Of a DNA stretch of 64,000 nt, positions 1 to 11,920 are shown one piece after another. Origin of the DNA: Eledone cirrhosa (Eukaryota); the NCBI GenBank assembly GCA_964016885.1, contig OZ024741.1, forward strand, positions 96,162,001-96,226,000, given 5' to 3'. The position numbers and the translations under genes were made by a program. How positions within the stretch are numbered: the stretch's first letter is position 1; every line of letters starts with the position of its first letter. The notes below the pieces were generated by a model. That model worked only from the letters and a program-made list of their open reading frames with translations. It was not told the origin of the DNA and made no database searches.

Positions 1-400
1 GTTGGGGTAGTGGTAACTGCAAGTGATAGTTGTAGTTATAGACGATAGTGATGATGGTGGTGGTGCTGATTGTAGTAAATGGCCATAGTAGTGATAGTGG
101 TGGTACAGATTTTGATAGTTTTAGAGTTGTTGTTGATGTTGGTGGCCTTAGGTGAAGGTGGTGGGGTGGTAATGATGGTAATGATGCATGTAGGGATTGT
201 AGGCGTGATGAAGATGGTGGTGGTGATGCTGGTGGTGGTGATATTTGATTGCCATGTTGTTGTAGTGATAGTGGTTGTAGCGATGTTGATATTATTAGTG
301 AAGCTAGTGTAGTGGCCGTATTTGCAGTAATGATGATGGTGACGATTGTGTTCGGGCGTGAGTAAATTAAATAACGTGTAATGCAAGACAGATGGTAAAC
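1..400. repeat. Degenerate trinucleotide low-complexity tract (GGT/GAT/GTA)
   Basis: Runs of ggt/gat/gta/gtt; the overlapping ORFs are poly-V/T/H artefacts. Confidence 0.8.
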
Positions 401-732
401 AGAGTTAATAGTTACTGGTGTCAAGTAGTGTTGGAATGTTTGTGGTAACAATCAAGACGAGAAGACTGCAGGGGCCAACTGAAGATATGGATTTCATCAG
501 TTGGCGTTCGGCTTGTCAGGCTAGCTGGCTAGTTGGCTGGCTGGCTGGTTGGTGGAATGGTGGATGTCAAGTTTGCTGGTTGTATATCTGGCTGTCTGGC
601 TGGCTATAGTGCTGTTATATATATATATCCAAACTTCATGAATCTACCATCACCCCACAGACATTTCTTTCTTTCTTTCTTTCTTTTTTCTTTCTTTCTT
701 CCTTTCTTTCTTTTTTTCTTTCTTTCCACATT

Positions 733-806
733 ACGTTCTAACTTCAAATCCTGCCGAGACGAACTTTGCCTTTCATCCTTCCGGGGTCGATAGAATAAAG
801 TACCAG
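733..806 (+). mobile_element. tRNA-derived cephalopod-type SINE, family A fragment
   Basis: ttcaaatcctgccgagacgaactttgcctttcatccttccggggtcgatagaataaagtaccag; recurs at 4468, 6283, 10650(-), 35858, 36265, 38311 and 61840. Confidence 0.8.
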
Positions 807-1010
807 TTAAGTTTGCTAAAATAATCAAATTAATTTAATTCAACAGTTAAACACAAATAGGAATAATAAGGTTGTTAACCAAAGGGCCAGAAGATTGACA
901 AATCGTCCCCAAATATTACTAATAGCTCTAGGAAACGACACCACATCTTTTTAACTTTGATTTTGAAAGTAGGTTTATAATTATCAATTTTTATTATTCT
1001 TTTGTAGTTG

Positions 1011-1080
1011 TCTTGGTGGCTTAGTTGCATGAATCATAAACGGTGGTGATCTTGGTCTGATGTTCGATCCTAATCGGGAA
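1011..1080 (+). promoter_or_regulatory. Pol III type-2 promoter-like head (tRNA or SINE relic)
   Basis: A-box-like TGGCTTAGTTGC (1017) and B-box GTTCGATCC (1062) at tRNA-like spacing; no full cloverleaf. Confidence 0.4.
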
Positions 1081-1247
1081 TAGGGTTACCCGTAAACCTT
1101 TTCAGTTTTTTTTCTATTGGTTGTAAAATAAAACCTGAAAGAGGTTACATGTACCTCTTGACCAGGATTGAAGCAAAGGTCAGGATCTCCACCGTCTCTA
1201 GACTATATTTTAACCTGTAATCCATGTTTCATTTCTGTTGCACCCCC

Positions 1248-1317
<70 letters not shown>

Positions 1318-1438
1318 TTATATATGTATATATATCTTTCTCTTTCTCTCTGTGATATTCAAATATACTCTGATTTGGGCTTACCTTATTCCTATATATA
1401 TGTTTTTGCATTTCAGATTCAAACTTACAATGATTGGC

Positions 1439-1494
<56 letters not shown>

Positions 1495-1495
<1 letters not shown>

Positions 1496-2680
1496 ATAAT
1501 ATTAATAAATTATCTTTATAAAACCCTATTTATTTTATTATATATATTTCAAGGGTACCAAAATGTTGGTACGCTCTCATCAGATAAAATACAAAAGTTG
1601 TTTTACAGATAGTGACATATTAAAAACTAGAACTTAACGTTTTGAGTTCTGTTTGAATAGTGAAGAAGAACTTCAAATCATAGGATGAATATGCTAATGA
1701 GGATAACGTTAAAATTGAAAAAGATGGTTATGTTTAGACGCTAGATTTATTTAAATAATTGTTAGGATTATTTTTTAAAGGAAAAGGAAATAGAGGTTAT
1801 TATTAGGGAGGAAGGAAATTTAAGGAAAGATTTTAAGAAAAAAAAAAATTAAAGTTAATAATAGACTATTAATATGAATATATGTATATAATTGTGTGGA
1901 GCATTATTTTTATTTATTTTATTATTTAATTATATATTTTGGGAGTATTTATAATATAATGTGTGATTTATAAATGTGTTAAAGTGAGAGAATATTAATT
2001 TAAAATGTGAGAGAGATATATTCTATTGGTCTTTTAATATCATAAAGATGGTATTTATAAGTATATTTTATGAAGATTACAGTTGTAAGTATATTTATTT
2101 TATTATATTACGGCAGGTTAGTTATATATATATAAATAGTTTTGGTGAGTATATATGTTGTTTATTTAATTGATAGATAATTTATATATTTTTTATATAT
2201 GAAGCGTTAGGATAATTTGTGTTTATATTTTCAATATATGGTTTAAGAAAATATTTTAGTATAGAAGATGCACACTATTTAGTATATTCAATAGCTGCAT
2301 CAAGATAGGAATAAATTTACGAAATTTAATAAATTTTAATATTTATGTAAAGTTTACCTGTTACTTAGATAAAATGTGTAACCCCGTTTCATTTCAAAGG
2401 AAAAGATAAACCTAATATTTCTTAGTTTAAATAGTTAAGTTATATTTACCGTTTATTCTAGAATTATCTTCCAAATAATATTCTAATTGTAATATATGGA
2501 AAAATTATTTTATATATGATTTTATAGTATCATACATATTTTCTAAGATAACAATTTTTTTGTATTTTGTTAACATTACTTATATCCATGCTTAAGTTTA
2601 ATGATATTAAGTATTTGTATGTATGGATTTACAACGCTTATAGAGTCTATTAGGAAAGAATTCAACAGACATCCAAAGTA
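1495..2680 (-). mobile_element. Highly degraded Penelope-like element (GIY-YIG relic, 3' UTR and pLTR)
   Basis: Minus-strand remnants LTCRN...HLYDIK; G-poor strand like the other PLE 3' UTRs; ends in a hammerhead homologous to the one at 60471. Confidence 0.45.
1531..1591 (-). ncRNA. Type I hammerhead ribozyme, intact core
   Basis: Minus: TATTTTAT CTGATGA gagcgtacca-acattt-tggtaccctt GAA ATATATAT A ATAAAATA; 8-bp stem I, palindromic stem III, AUA triplet. Confidence 0.85.
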
Positions 2681-2685
2681 TATAA

Positions 2686-2830
2686 AAAAATATCATTAAA
2701 AACATCACAAAAAAAACATTCAAGAATATCATTAAAAACCGCACAAAAAAAAAACATTCAAAAATATCATTAAAAACATCACAAAAAAAAAACCATTCAA
2801 AAATATCATTAACAACATCACAAAAAAAAA
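2686..2830. repeat. Minisatellite, about 31-bp unit, about 5 copies
   Basis: aaaaatatcattaaaaacatcacaaaaaaaaacattc repeated. Confidence 0.8.
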
Positions 2831-3244
2831 CCCCAACAAAGCACGGCAAAGACATATAAAATGTAAATAGGTGAGATATAGAGGCTATAAATAATATTTT
2901 CTATAGATTATAGATACTTCTAAAAGTCTTAGACTGACGATGAGTGCAAGAGTTAAATAATTGTTTCTTTTTGTTTATAGCGTTTTTTTGATTGGTAATG
3001 ATGTGAAATATTTCTCCAATACGTAAATGACAAACTCTTGCGAGAGCCGTATTCCGGTATGCGGGCGCTTTCGAAATCGTTCTCCAAGAGATTGAATAAT
3101 CAATATTATTGTCTTTTAAGTGCCAAATTAGATGTGAAAGTGATGTTGAGAATTTTTTATCCGATCTATTAAATGTGTGTTTGTGATTATACCGGTGTAT
3201 ATATTTTTTGCCCGATCTATTAAATGTGTGTTTGTGATTATACG

Positions 3245-3298
<54 letters not shown>

Positions 3299-3370
3299 TG
3301 GTGGACTAGGTCTAAAAATATTGGTTGCCCACCTATATATAGAATGCTATCATTTAATTTTTATAATGAA

Positions 3371-4100
3371 CTAGCAGCAGTACCCAACGTTGCCTGGGTA
3401 GGTAAAATAATATCTGCTTTGATGAAAAGGTGTTGACCTTAGCGACTGCTTCTCGATGACTCATCTATGGCCACACACAGGCCACGGGTGACTGACGAAG
3501 GGGCATGCTGGGGGAGGGAGTTTCAAATTTGAACGAAATCGCTTGAAAAATGTGGGAGCTAGAGCCGAAAAGGCGGAAATTTGAGCGAAAAGGTGGTATT
3601 TTCGAATATTTAAGCGACTGCCACACCGTTCCTGAACAAAAAATCCAAAATGTAAAGCCACCTTAAGACGTGAAATAATCAGCTCTAGCGTAGTGTAAAA
3701 TTTGAACAAAGTAGGTTGATTAATGTGGAAGCTAAAGCCGAATAAGTTGAAATTTAAGTCTAAAAGTGGTATTTTTGAATATTTAAGCGGCTGCCACGCC
3801 GTTCCTGAACAACATATGCAAAATATAAAGCCATTACAGGATGTGCAATGATAAATTCTATTTTGCTTTAAAATTTGAACGAGATCCGTGGCAAAATGTG
3901 GGAGATAGAGCCAAATATCTTATTTTTATCTGCAAAATGACCACGGAATAAAAAAAAACGATACGCTGATATATAGAAAACACTCTCCGATGACTAATCT
4001 ATATGCCTGTAAAGTTTCATGAAAATCGGTCGTAAGATGTAGGCCCCTACAGGTAATACACAGACACAAACACACATATTTAATTTTATATACATACAGA
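3371..4100 (-). mobile_element. Non-autonomous Helitron
   Basis: Minus-strand 5'-TC at 4100 and 3'-CTAG at 3371 preceded by hairpin tacccaacgttgcctgggta; inserted between A and T; internal ~175-bp tandem duplications. Confidence 0.7.
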
Positions 4101-4256
4101 TAAATAACATTTTCAAAAGATATATAAGTGGAAACAAAACAGTGCAATCAAATTTTTTGCGGAAAAATATCTTACCTTCTCCAATAAAGGAATATTATGT
4201 ATTTTGCGAAATCCAGTGACTTTCAATAATGACCTTAGGTCTTTCATACTCACTCA

Positions 4257-4344
<88 letters not shown>

Positions 4345-4467
4345 ATGTGTGTGTGTTTATGTGTGTATGTGTGTGTGTATATATATACATATATATACAC
4401 CACCTTCACCACTAATTGATTTGACAGATGTCTTTAACCTATTGATACCAAATATTATTTGGTTAGA

Positions 4468-4570
4468 TCGAGGTTCACTTTGCCTTTCATCCTTACGGGG
4501 TCGATAAAATAAAGTACCAGTAATGCACTGGGTAATTGCTGGCCTTGTGCCAAAAGTAGAAACAATTATT
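4468..4570 (+). mobile_element. SINE family A, 3' part
   Basis: gaggttcactttgcctttcatccttacggggtcgataaaataaagtaccag...gtagaaacaattatt. Confidence 0.8.
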
Positions 4571-4599
4571 TGGTTAGTAGTTCGTGTGCAAGTATATAA

Positions 4600-4656
<57 letters not shown>

Positions 4657-4693
4657 TAAAAGGAAAAGAAAATGCTGACAGATTGACTTTGTT

Positions 4694-4744
4694 AGTTTCA
4701 GAAGATCCCGTTAAGGGTGAAAGCAGCGATTCTTTGCTTAAGCT
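4694..4744 (+). ncRNA. Hammerhead-like motif with A4 core variant (CAGAAGA)
   Basis: AGTTT CAGAAGA t ccc-gttaa-ggg t GAA AGCA-gcgattctt-TGCT T AAGCT; stem I extended by acagattga/ttaatctgt; second copy at 41363. Confidence 0.6.
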
Positions 4745-4851
4745 TTAATCTGTTATTTTAATAAATATTTGCTCTACGGTTCTTATATATTTGATATATA
4801 TTTATCCTTATTGAGCCCTCTTTGGATTTTAGTCTTCAAATTTATTATTAT

Positions 4852-5093
4852 TACTATGAACTATAGTAGCACTTTTGGCCAATTTTGGCTCAACAAAATA
4901 ATTTGGAGTTAATTATAAAGAATTAGTATATCTACTAACATATATATATACAGATGCATACTTATGTCAGCAAATATATAGGTTTTGTCTTAGTAACTTT
5001 GTGGTTCAATGCATGGGGATGCAGAACAATAATATGAAAGACGTAAAATAAGAAAATTATAAAAATTAACTTAATTACTAAAATTTCACTCCA
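4852..5093 (-). mobile_element. Copy of the ~545-bp hammerhead repeat family, ending at the predicted cleavage site
   Basis: Homologous to 29281-29527; similarity stops at cactccaa. Confidence 0.75.
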
Positions 5094-5271
5094 AACATTA
5101 TAATAAATGTTCGGTAAACGCATACGTACATATATATATATGTGTGCATGTATGTATATATATATACATACTACTGTACGTCTGTATACATATATGTATG
5201 TACGTATACATACTTACATTGAAGTATCAGCCGTACTAAGAGTGAGATATGAAATTTCGTTTCATTCTTTA

Positions 5272-5339
<68 letters not shown>

Positions 5340-5822
5340 TTGTGCGTCTATGTCTATATATGTATGATTTGCACTATCGTATATTTTGGTTTCTAGTAAT
5401 TTCCTGGGGAACTGGTTGACCAAATGCTTTCCTTAATTGTGTTAAAAAAAAAAATGTTATTTTTTTAAAGCAAAGCATTGGCCCCTAAAATACCACATTG
5501 GGGCCTGCAATTCTACTGTGGGGTCTTGTAATATTAGTTCGTGTGTGCGTTGTGAGGGGGAAGGGGGGTTGGGGGTGTTTAGTATTATTAGTGGCGGGGT
5601 GGTCGAATGTGGATGTGTGGTTGGGTGTTATTGTGGTAGTATGGTGTGTGAATAGTGTGAGTGCATATATATACTGGTGTGTGTTCATGTTGAGGGTGTG
5701 GGTGCGTGTGTGATAGGCGGAGGGAATGGGGTTGTTAGTAATATTAGTGGTAGGGTGAATCAAGTGGGTGGGTGTGGCTGGAAGTGCAGGGGACTGTTAA
5801 TCTTGGGAGTGTTTTAGTTGTG

Positions 5823-6215
5823 TTAGTAGGGGGTGTAGGGGAGGGGAATGGCGAAGGCTAAAGGAAGAGGAGTGAGCAGTTCAAGCCGGGGGGGGGGGTC
5901 TGTAGGGTGAAGATGGTGTTTGATCCGGAGGAGTTGGGGGTAAGGAATGGAGTGTGTAGGGTGGGAGGAGGTGATGTCGAGGTAGGAGTGGGAGTTGGTG
6001 GGTTTAAAGAAAGCGGACGTGATGAAGGAGTGGTGGAAGGGGTCGATGGCAACGGAACTGTCTAAGAAGTGGACGTGGGTGGTGGAAATAGAGGTGATGA
6101 AGTGGAGGGAGGGGTGGAAGGAGCAGAAGAAGGAGAGAAAGGAGCCGAGCTGTTCTCGGGTGAGGGTCGTGGCCCCGATGCAGTCGTCAATGTAACGACC
6201 GTACAAATGTAAGTA
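5823..6215 (-). pseudogene. Penelope-like reverse transcriptase fragment (YIDD type)
   Basis: YGRYIDDCIG, VHFLD, KPTNSHSYL, SSHP, SIPYPQLLRI motifs. Confidence 0.8.
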
Positions 6216-6282
6216 TGCATGGCACCGCTTCAAATTGTTTACAAACAAATCGAACATTATTATTAATGCTTTCCAGCATAGT

Positions 6283-6422
6283 TACGTCCTTTTACGATCT
6301 GAGTTCAAATCCCGCCGAGGTTGACTTTGCCTTTCATCCTTACGGGGTCGATAAAATAAAGTGTACGAGTAATGCACTGGGTAATTGCTGGCCTTGTGCC
6401 TAAAGTAGAAACAATTATTATT
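6283..6422 (+). mobile_element. SINE family A
   Basis: gagttcaaatcccgccgaggttgactttgcctttcatcc... with B-box and family tail. Confidence 0.8.
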
Positions 6423-6553
6423 AATGTTCGATATAACACATATGTACATATGTATATGTATATTATATGTGTGTGTATGTATATATGTATGTACGTGTGC
6501 ATGCTTACATTTATGTATCAGCTGTGCTAGGGCGAGAAATAAAATTTTAATTG

Positions 6554-6584
<31 letters not shown>

Positions 6585-6720
6585 ATACAAAACAGTAGTA
6601 ATAATATTAGCAACTGGAGTATTAAGACTGCTTTACCGGTTGGTTAAAAGTTCAATCCAATGGGCTTCACACAGCTGTTATATATTAATTTCAAAAGCAC
6701 TGAAGATTAAAACCATTGTC

Positions 6721-6847
6721 TAACTGACATATGTTTCTGTCGACCTAAACTCACACAGGGGCCATACAAATTTCAAAATTTTAAATTTTAAACTTTTATA
6801 ACTTTATAACTTAACCCCTAGGTGTTGATTCAAGGTCGACATCATCA
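6721..6847 (-). ncRNA. Hammerhead with long stem II; 5' stem I and C3 lost into a (GAT)n tract
   Basis: Minus: aTGATGA tgtcgacct...aggtcgaca GAA ACATATGT C agtta. Confidence 0.65.
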
Positions 6848-6853
6848 TCATAC

Positions 6854-6907
<54 letters not shown>

Positions 6908-6989
6908 TATCATCATATATATATATATATATACTTCGTTTTCGTATTTGTTTTGCAAGATTCCTTATCTGAAAACGTGTGTTGAAATA

Positions 6990-7225
6990 GATATTGTTAC
7001 ACTTTGGGAGGGTCATGCTGCCAATAAAAACACACGCACCTTTTGTGTTTCACTTCCATTCATTACAAATTTCCGATTGGTTGGTTTAATAACTAGATGC
7101 TTTTTGTTTTTACTTATTGTCAAAGTTCCTTCGTTACACATTCTGTGACAACCTCAGTGACTAATTTGCTATTTTGTGTCTCACCTTTGTTCTGTCCTAC
7201 ACCATCTTGATATTGTGTGTTGTGT
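6990..7225 (-). mobile_element. Short repeat family copy with a degenerate hammerhead (7119-7161)
   Basis: Reverse-complement homologue of 41020-41285. Confidence 0.7.
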
Positions 7226-7262
7226 GCTGTGTATTTGGGTTGCGCATGCATTATATATATAT

Positions 7263-7800
7263 AGTAGTGGGAGAGTGAAGAATAACATGGTCGGCTGTAC
7301 AAAAAGGGTTTCATTTACAGTATTAACAATTGTTTCATTGATCAGGTGAGTCTAAAGGCCGCTAATCACTCAAAGTTGCGTCACTCGACCTTAAATACAG
7401 TGTGTGTCTCTGATCAAATCATCAGAATACTGGATGGTGTAACACATGGCATTGGTATTTATAGATACATCGGAGAATCAAGTGAATGAAAACAATAACA
7501 TCAATAATAAAAGATAATAATAAAGAAGTTAGAATGACGTAACTTGGAGTGATTAGCGGCCTTTAGACTCACCGGATTAATGAAACAATTGTTAATACTG
7601 TAAACAAAAACCCTTTTTGTACACCCGACCATGTTATTCTTCACTACTTTTACTCCAAGAATAACCTGCATGGGAATTCACGCAAACTCGCTACCTAACT
7701 AAGGAAACCTCTTGACGAGTCAAACAACGCCGTACGTTAAAACTATCCATAATACAGAGTACTCACAACCTCTAACTGGATTACCTAAAACGATAACTTG
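7263..7800. mobile_element. ORF-less pLTR-like insertion with a ~125-bp inverted repeat
   Basis: Arms ~7268-7392 and ~7525-7650; the right arm carries the 3' half of the hammerhead and gagtactc (7757); flanked by (TA)n. Confidence 0.7.
7318..7432 (-). ncRNA. Type I hammerhead ribozyme with a large stem II insertion
   Basis: Minus: CAGTATT CTGATGA t ttgatcag-(~65 nt)-ctgatcaa t GAA ACAATTGT T AATACTG. Confidence 0.85.
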
Positions 7801-7826
7801 TTATATATATATATATATATATATAT

Positions 7827-8000
7827 ATAGGAACAAGTAAGACCCCGACGGCTGAGCTCAAGCCGTTTCGACGGCTAATTCTGTACGGCTTGAGCTCAGC
7901 CGTCGGGGTCTTACTTGTTCCTATTACCCACTCTACTACCCTAAGTATTGAGTACTTTGGTGCGTTATGGTCCACCTGGTTCCTTACCACATTTCCTTCG

Positions 8001-8002
<2 letters not shown>
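7827..8002 (+). mobile_element. pLTR fragment of the 41.6/43.5/45.5-kb PLE family with a 40-bp palindrome
   Basis: Arms 7827-7866 and 7885-7924; matches 45533-45650; (TA)n on both sides. Confidence 0.8.
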
Positions 8003-8044
<42 letters not shown>

Positions 8045-8391
8045 CCCTCTTTTATACTCTTTGCGTATGTCCCTCACTCTCCTTCTCTCGCCAGCTTCTC
8101 TTCCACCCATTCCTTTTCTTCCAACCCTTAGATTCGGTAGTTTGCTAACCTATTTTTGTTAAGCTCTGCTATCTATGTTCCTTTGACTAAAGTCTAATTT
8201 TCCCATCTTTCCAACATTAAGCTGCTGCACATTTTACAATGTATTTTGTCTTAATTCAGCCCCAAATCTCTAGTAATATTTTTATGTATTTAACTCTGCA
8301 GAAAAACATTTTTCTGATTATATTTATATATATATATATATATATACACTCACTTAGACACACACACACAAACACACACAAACACACACAC

Positions 8392-8467
<76 letters not shown>

Positions 8468-9889
8468 GCGCGCACGCGCGCACGCGCACACACACACGTA
8501 CATATATATATATATGCACCAGTACACCATGATAGTATTAGAAGGAACAATAATATAGATTGTTTTCAAACTTTTATAAGTTCTCAATTTCCTCTTTCCT
8601 AACTGAATTTAACGGGTAATGAGAAGGATGTTTTCTGTTTTCATTTTAATTGTATTTATTTTTATTTGTCGCTACATTTGTGTAGTGCAACAAACATTAT
8701 TGATATACCTACAAAAAATCTAAAACGTTGATATTTTCACGGCTGTAATTGATATAAGATTTATATGAAATCTGCATTGAATCCGAAATCATTTTAAACG
8801 ATTGTTTCAAATTACAGTACTGTGAAAGATATGCTTCACTGAACACGCCAGAATATTATCAAAATATGTCCAAACGTGTCTCCCATACTTGTCAGGAAAG
8901 TAGTAATTTGACTAATATCTTTTTCACTCATATTTAATTCTTTTCGGTTTTATATTGCTCTATGCATTAAATATGAGAGCACTAACTTAACGATTGAGTT
9001 AAATTCAATGTAAAAAAAAGAAATAAATGAGAAAACCTTGCCAACGTGAAATAGACATTTTAATTTTTTTTTTCACTTTAGCCATTGTGTAGTACATTAC
9101 TTCGATTTTCTTACGTTCAATTTCTTTTCTTATTTCTATCTTATTTTGCACATGTCAATCATTGTCAGTTATCTTCTACACAAATATCGAATTCTTCTTG
9201 ATATATTACAAATCTTTTCCCTTTATTTTTGTTGCCTAGCAACTCCAGCAAGATATGGCAAATTTGTTATTACGCGTGCCTGATTTGGCCGTACAAGGAC
9301 CAATCCTCTGAAAAGCCATATCTTCTCTTTCCCTTGATTGTTCTCGATATCGAAATATTTTTAGGGAATAATATCAAATCTTGATATTTCCACACATTTC
9401 TTCATTTAAAAACATTAAAAAATGATTTTAAACATTTTATTTATATATTGAAATAAAATTTGCTTTAATAAATTTTTTTAAGCATGTTATTTCATCCTTA
9501 TAGGATTATTGATTCATGTGGCATTTGTGTATCATGCAGACAGCATTTGCTGCTCACTCCTGTTGTTTCCTTATTTCTATATTGTGATTTATATACTTTT
9601 CGCCGTTATAATTGAATAGGTTAAAAAATTGCGCATTGACAGGAATTTTTTAAATAATGTCTACGATAAAATCTTAAAATATAAAATACATAGTAAGCAA
9701 TATTTGAAATATATTATTCGCATTTAGAAATAGCGAGATATGTTTTTTTAAATTTCCATGGTGACCAAATGTTATGGAATGATATTTCTCCTCATTTCTT
9801 CTCAACCTCCACTCTATCCTCCATACTTACATCATTTTCCCCAAAAGACGCCTATACACACACACAACACACACACGCTCGCACACACG

Positions 9890-9992
<103 letters not shown>

Positions 9993-10649
9993 GGGCAGAA
10001 GATTCAGTAGATCCATAGAAAACTGGTGAGGGTACCAAAGTCACCACTCGATGCTGGCGCAGAGTGTATATAGTAAGAACAAAGTGGGGTGTTACATAAA
10101 AACTTTATTGATCAATTCTGGTTACAAATGTTTCACAAACAGCCGGCTGCATGTGATATTTTTTGGAGTCGATGTCTGAAGTTGGTGTTAGAGAAGTGCC
10201 GGCATTTTTATGATGTACATACTGATTCGAGGGCAGGGACAGTCTTTCCTGCGCATACACGTGAGTTGAGTGGAGCTAAGGTTGTGTTTGTGAGACATCT
10301 GGGGTCTGTGGTTTCGAATTTGCGATCAATGAATCCATCCTGAAGATCGCTTCACCTTAAAAACTGTTTTTCTGCTAGAAGAATTTCATCAAATAAATTC
10401 AACCACGACATGAAACCTTCTTCTGGCACTGATAAAATAAAGTACCGCTGATAAAACAAAGTTGACCCCAGCGGGACTTACACTAATAACATATAGAGAT
10501 GCAATTTATTCCATCACCATAATGCTTCTATCAATAACATCTTAATAAGAAATAATGATTTCTAGCTTTCGAAAACTACCATTAAATTGTTTGAATGAAT
10601 GTCACTAGATGACAGTTACATATATTTTTTATCAAGACCATTATAATTG

Positions 10650-10855
10650 TTTCTAACATAGACAGAAGGCCAGCAATTTTGTAGAGAGAGAAAAATCGAT
10701 TACATTTTCACTAGTAATATATTTTATCGAGTCCTGCAGGAGGAAAGGTAAATTTGACCTCGTCAGGTTTTGAATTCAAAATGAAAAGAGCTGGAGCAAA
10801 TACCACAAAGCATTCAACCAAAGTTCTAATAAGTCTACCAATCCATCGCCCTTTA
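10650..10855 (-). mobile_element. SINE family A, diverged
   Basis: Reverse complement of the ggcgatggattggtag...ttgaattcaaaacctgacgaggtc...gataaaata pattern. Confidence 0.6.
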
Positions 10856-11794
10856 TCAAGACCATTATAATGAAATCCAATGTAGATTTTAATCACAGTA
10901 GATTTTAATCACAGAATATAATCGAATGAAATCAAACAAACCAAGGTACATAACACTCTAATATTTCCGCCAATGTTAGCAATAACTCTGATGATAAAAA
11001 AAAATTAAACTTTAATTTCGAGTGCTATAAAGGGATGGAAACCAAAGCAACCATATTCCCATTATCCTTATTGCCACTTATTATTCCTCTGAGCCTATCT
11101 CCCTGATCCAGATAATCCACTACATATTTGCACTAAATGTCTGCACCTAAAATCCGTGCATGCACCAATAACACACTTCTGCAACATCCTAATCAAGCTA
11201 TTACAAATATGAAACTCAGCAAATGAAGATGATGGCATAATAGATTTTAAGAATGGATCGCCTCAGTTTCAATTTCTTTTAAGCAGGAAAATATTACATG
11301 TAGGTTTCATTCGGTGCAGTGTATTCGGTTTGCTGATTGAATCACTAAATGAACCGTAGTAATTAATCAGCCAGACATAGCAAGTACATTTAAAATTCAT
11401 TGGTAATGAAGTAGCTGGGAGTGAAACTGGAACACGCGTGAGAAATAAGCTGATTCATCACATTTTCTAATTACAAGTGTAGTTCAATGTATAGAAAGTC
11501 TAATGCAACGGATTAAATGTCTTAGTTTATGAAGTTTCGTTTCTCAATGATCTGAGTTCGAATTCTGCCTCTGTAATAAAATTATAAATTCATCTAAAAC
11601 AGCTAATAGCTTCAATAAATTTACTACAATTGAAAACAAATATCATGAATCGTAAATTACGTAGTACTATATCCCATCAAAAACAGTTGTCAAACTGCCG
11701 TAGCGATTCCTTTATCATGTGCGAATGTAGTAAACATGGAACTAATTCAAACATTAGGTCATTGAAAGGAAAATATGTCATCAGTTCCTACCAT

Positions 11795-11920
11795 CAGGCA
11801 TAGCCAGTGATAAGAGGTTCACTTCACTACCACATGGTTCGGAGTTCAATCCCAATGCGTTACATTATCTACTCTGCCTTCGGTTATGCCTTGTGAATGA
11901 AATTTGGTAAACAGAAACTA
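11795..11920 (+). mobile_element. tRNA-derived SINE family B, diverged
   Basis: ccacatggttcggagttcaatccca...gccttgtgaatgaaatttggtaaacagaaact; homologous to 52928. Confidence 0.6.

Noticed and set aside
475-503. ccaactgaagat...catcagttgg hairpin with CTGANGA on both strands
   Set aside because: No GAAA or stem III, so not a complete hammerhead
1560-2680. C-depleted plus strand that reads protein-like if TAA/TAG are Gln (alternative code or C-to-T hypermutation)
   Set aside because: Better explained as the antisense of a G-poor PLE 3' region ending in a minus-strand hammerhead; stop density is not clearly below expectation for this AT content
2686-2830. Regular ~31-bp repeats as a CRISPR-like array
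   Set aside because: No unique spacers; a simple tandem minisatellite in eukaryotic DNA
10020-10430. Possible LTR or primer-binding-site relic on the minus strand
   Set aside because: Only weak tggtgac and aataaa hints, and no second LTR or ORF
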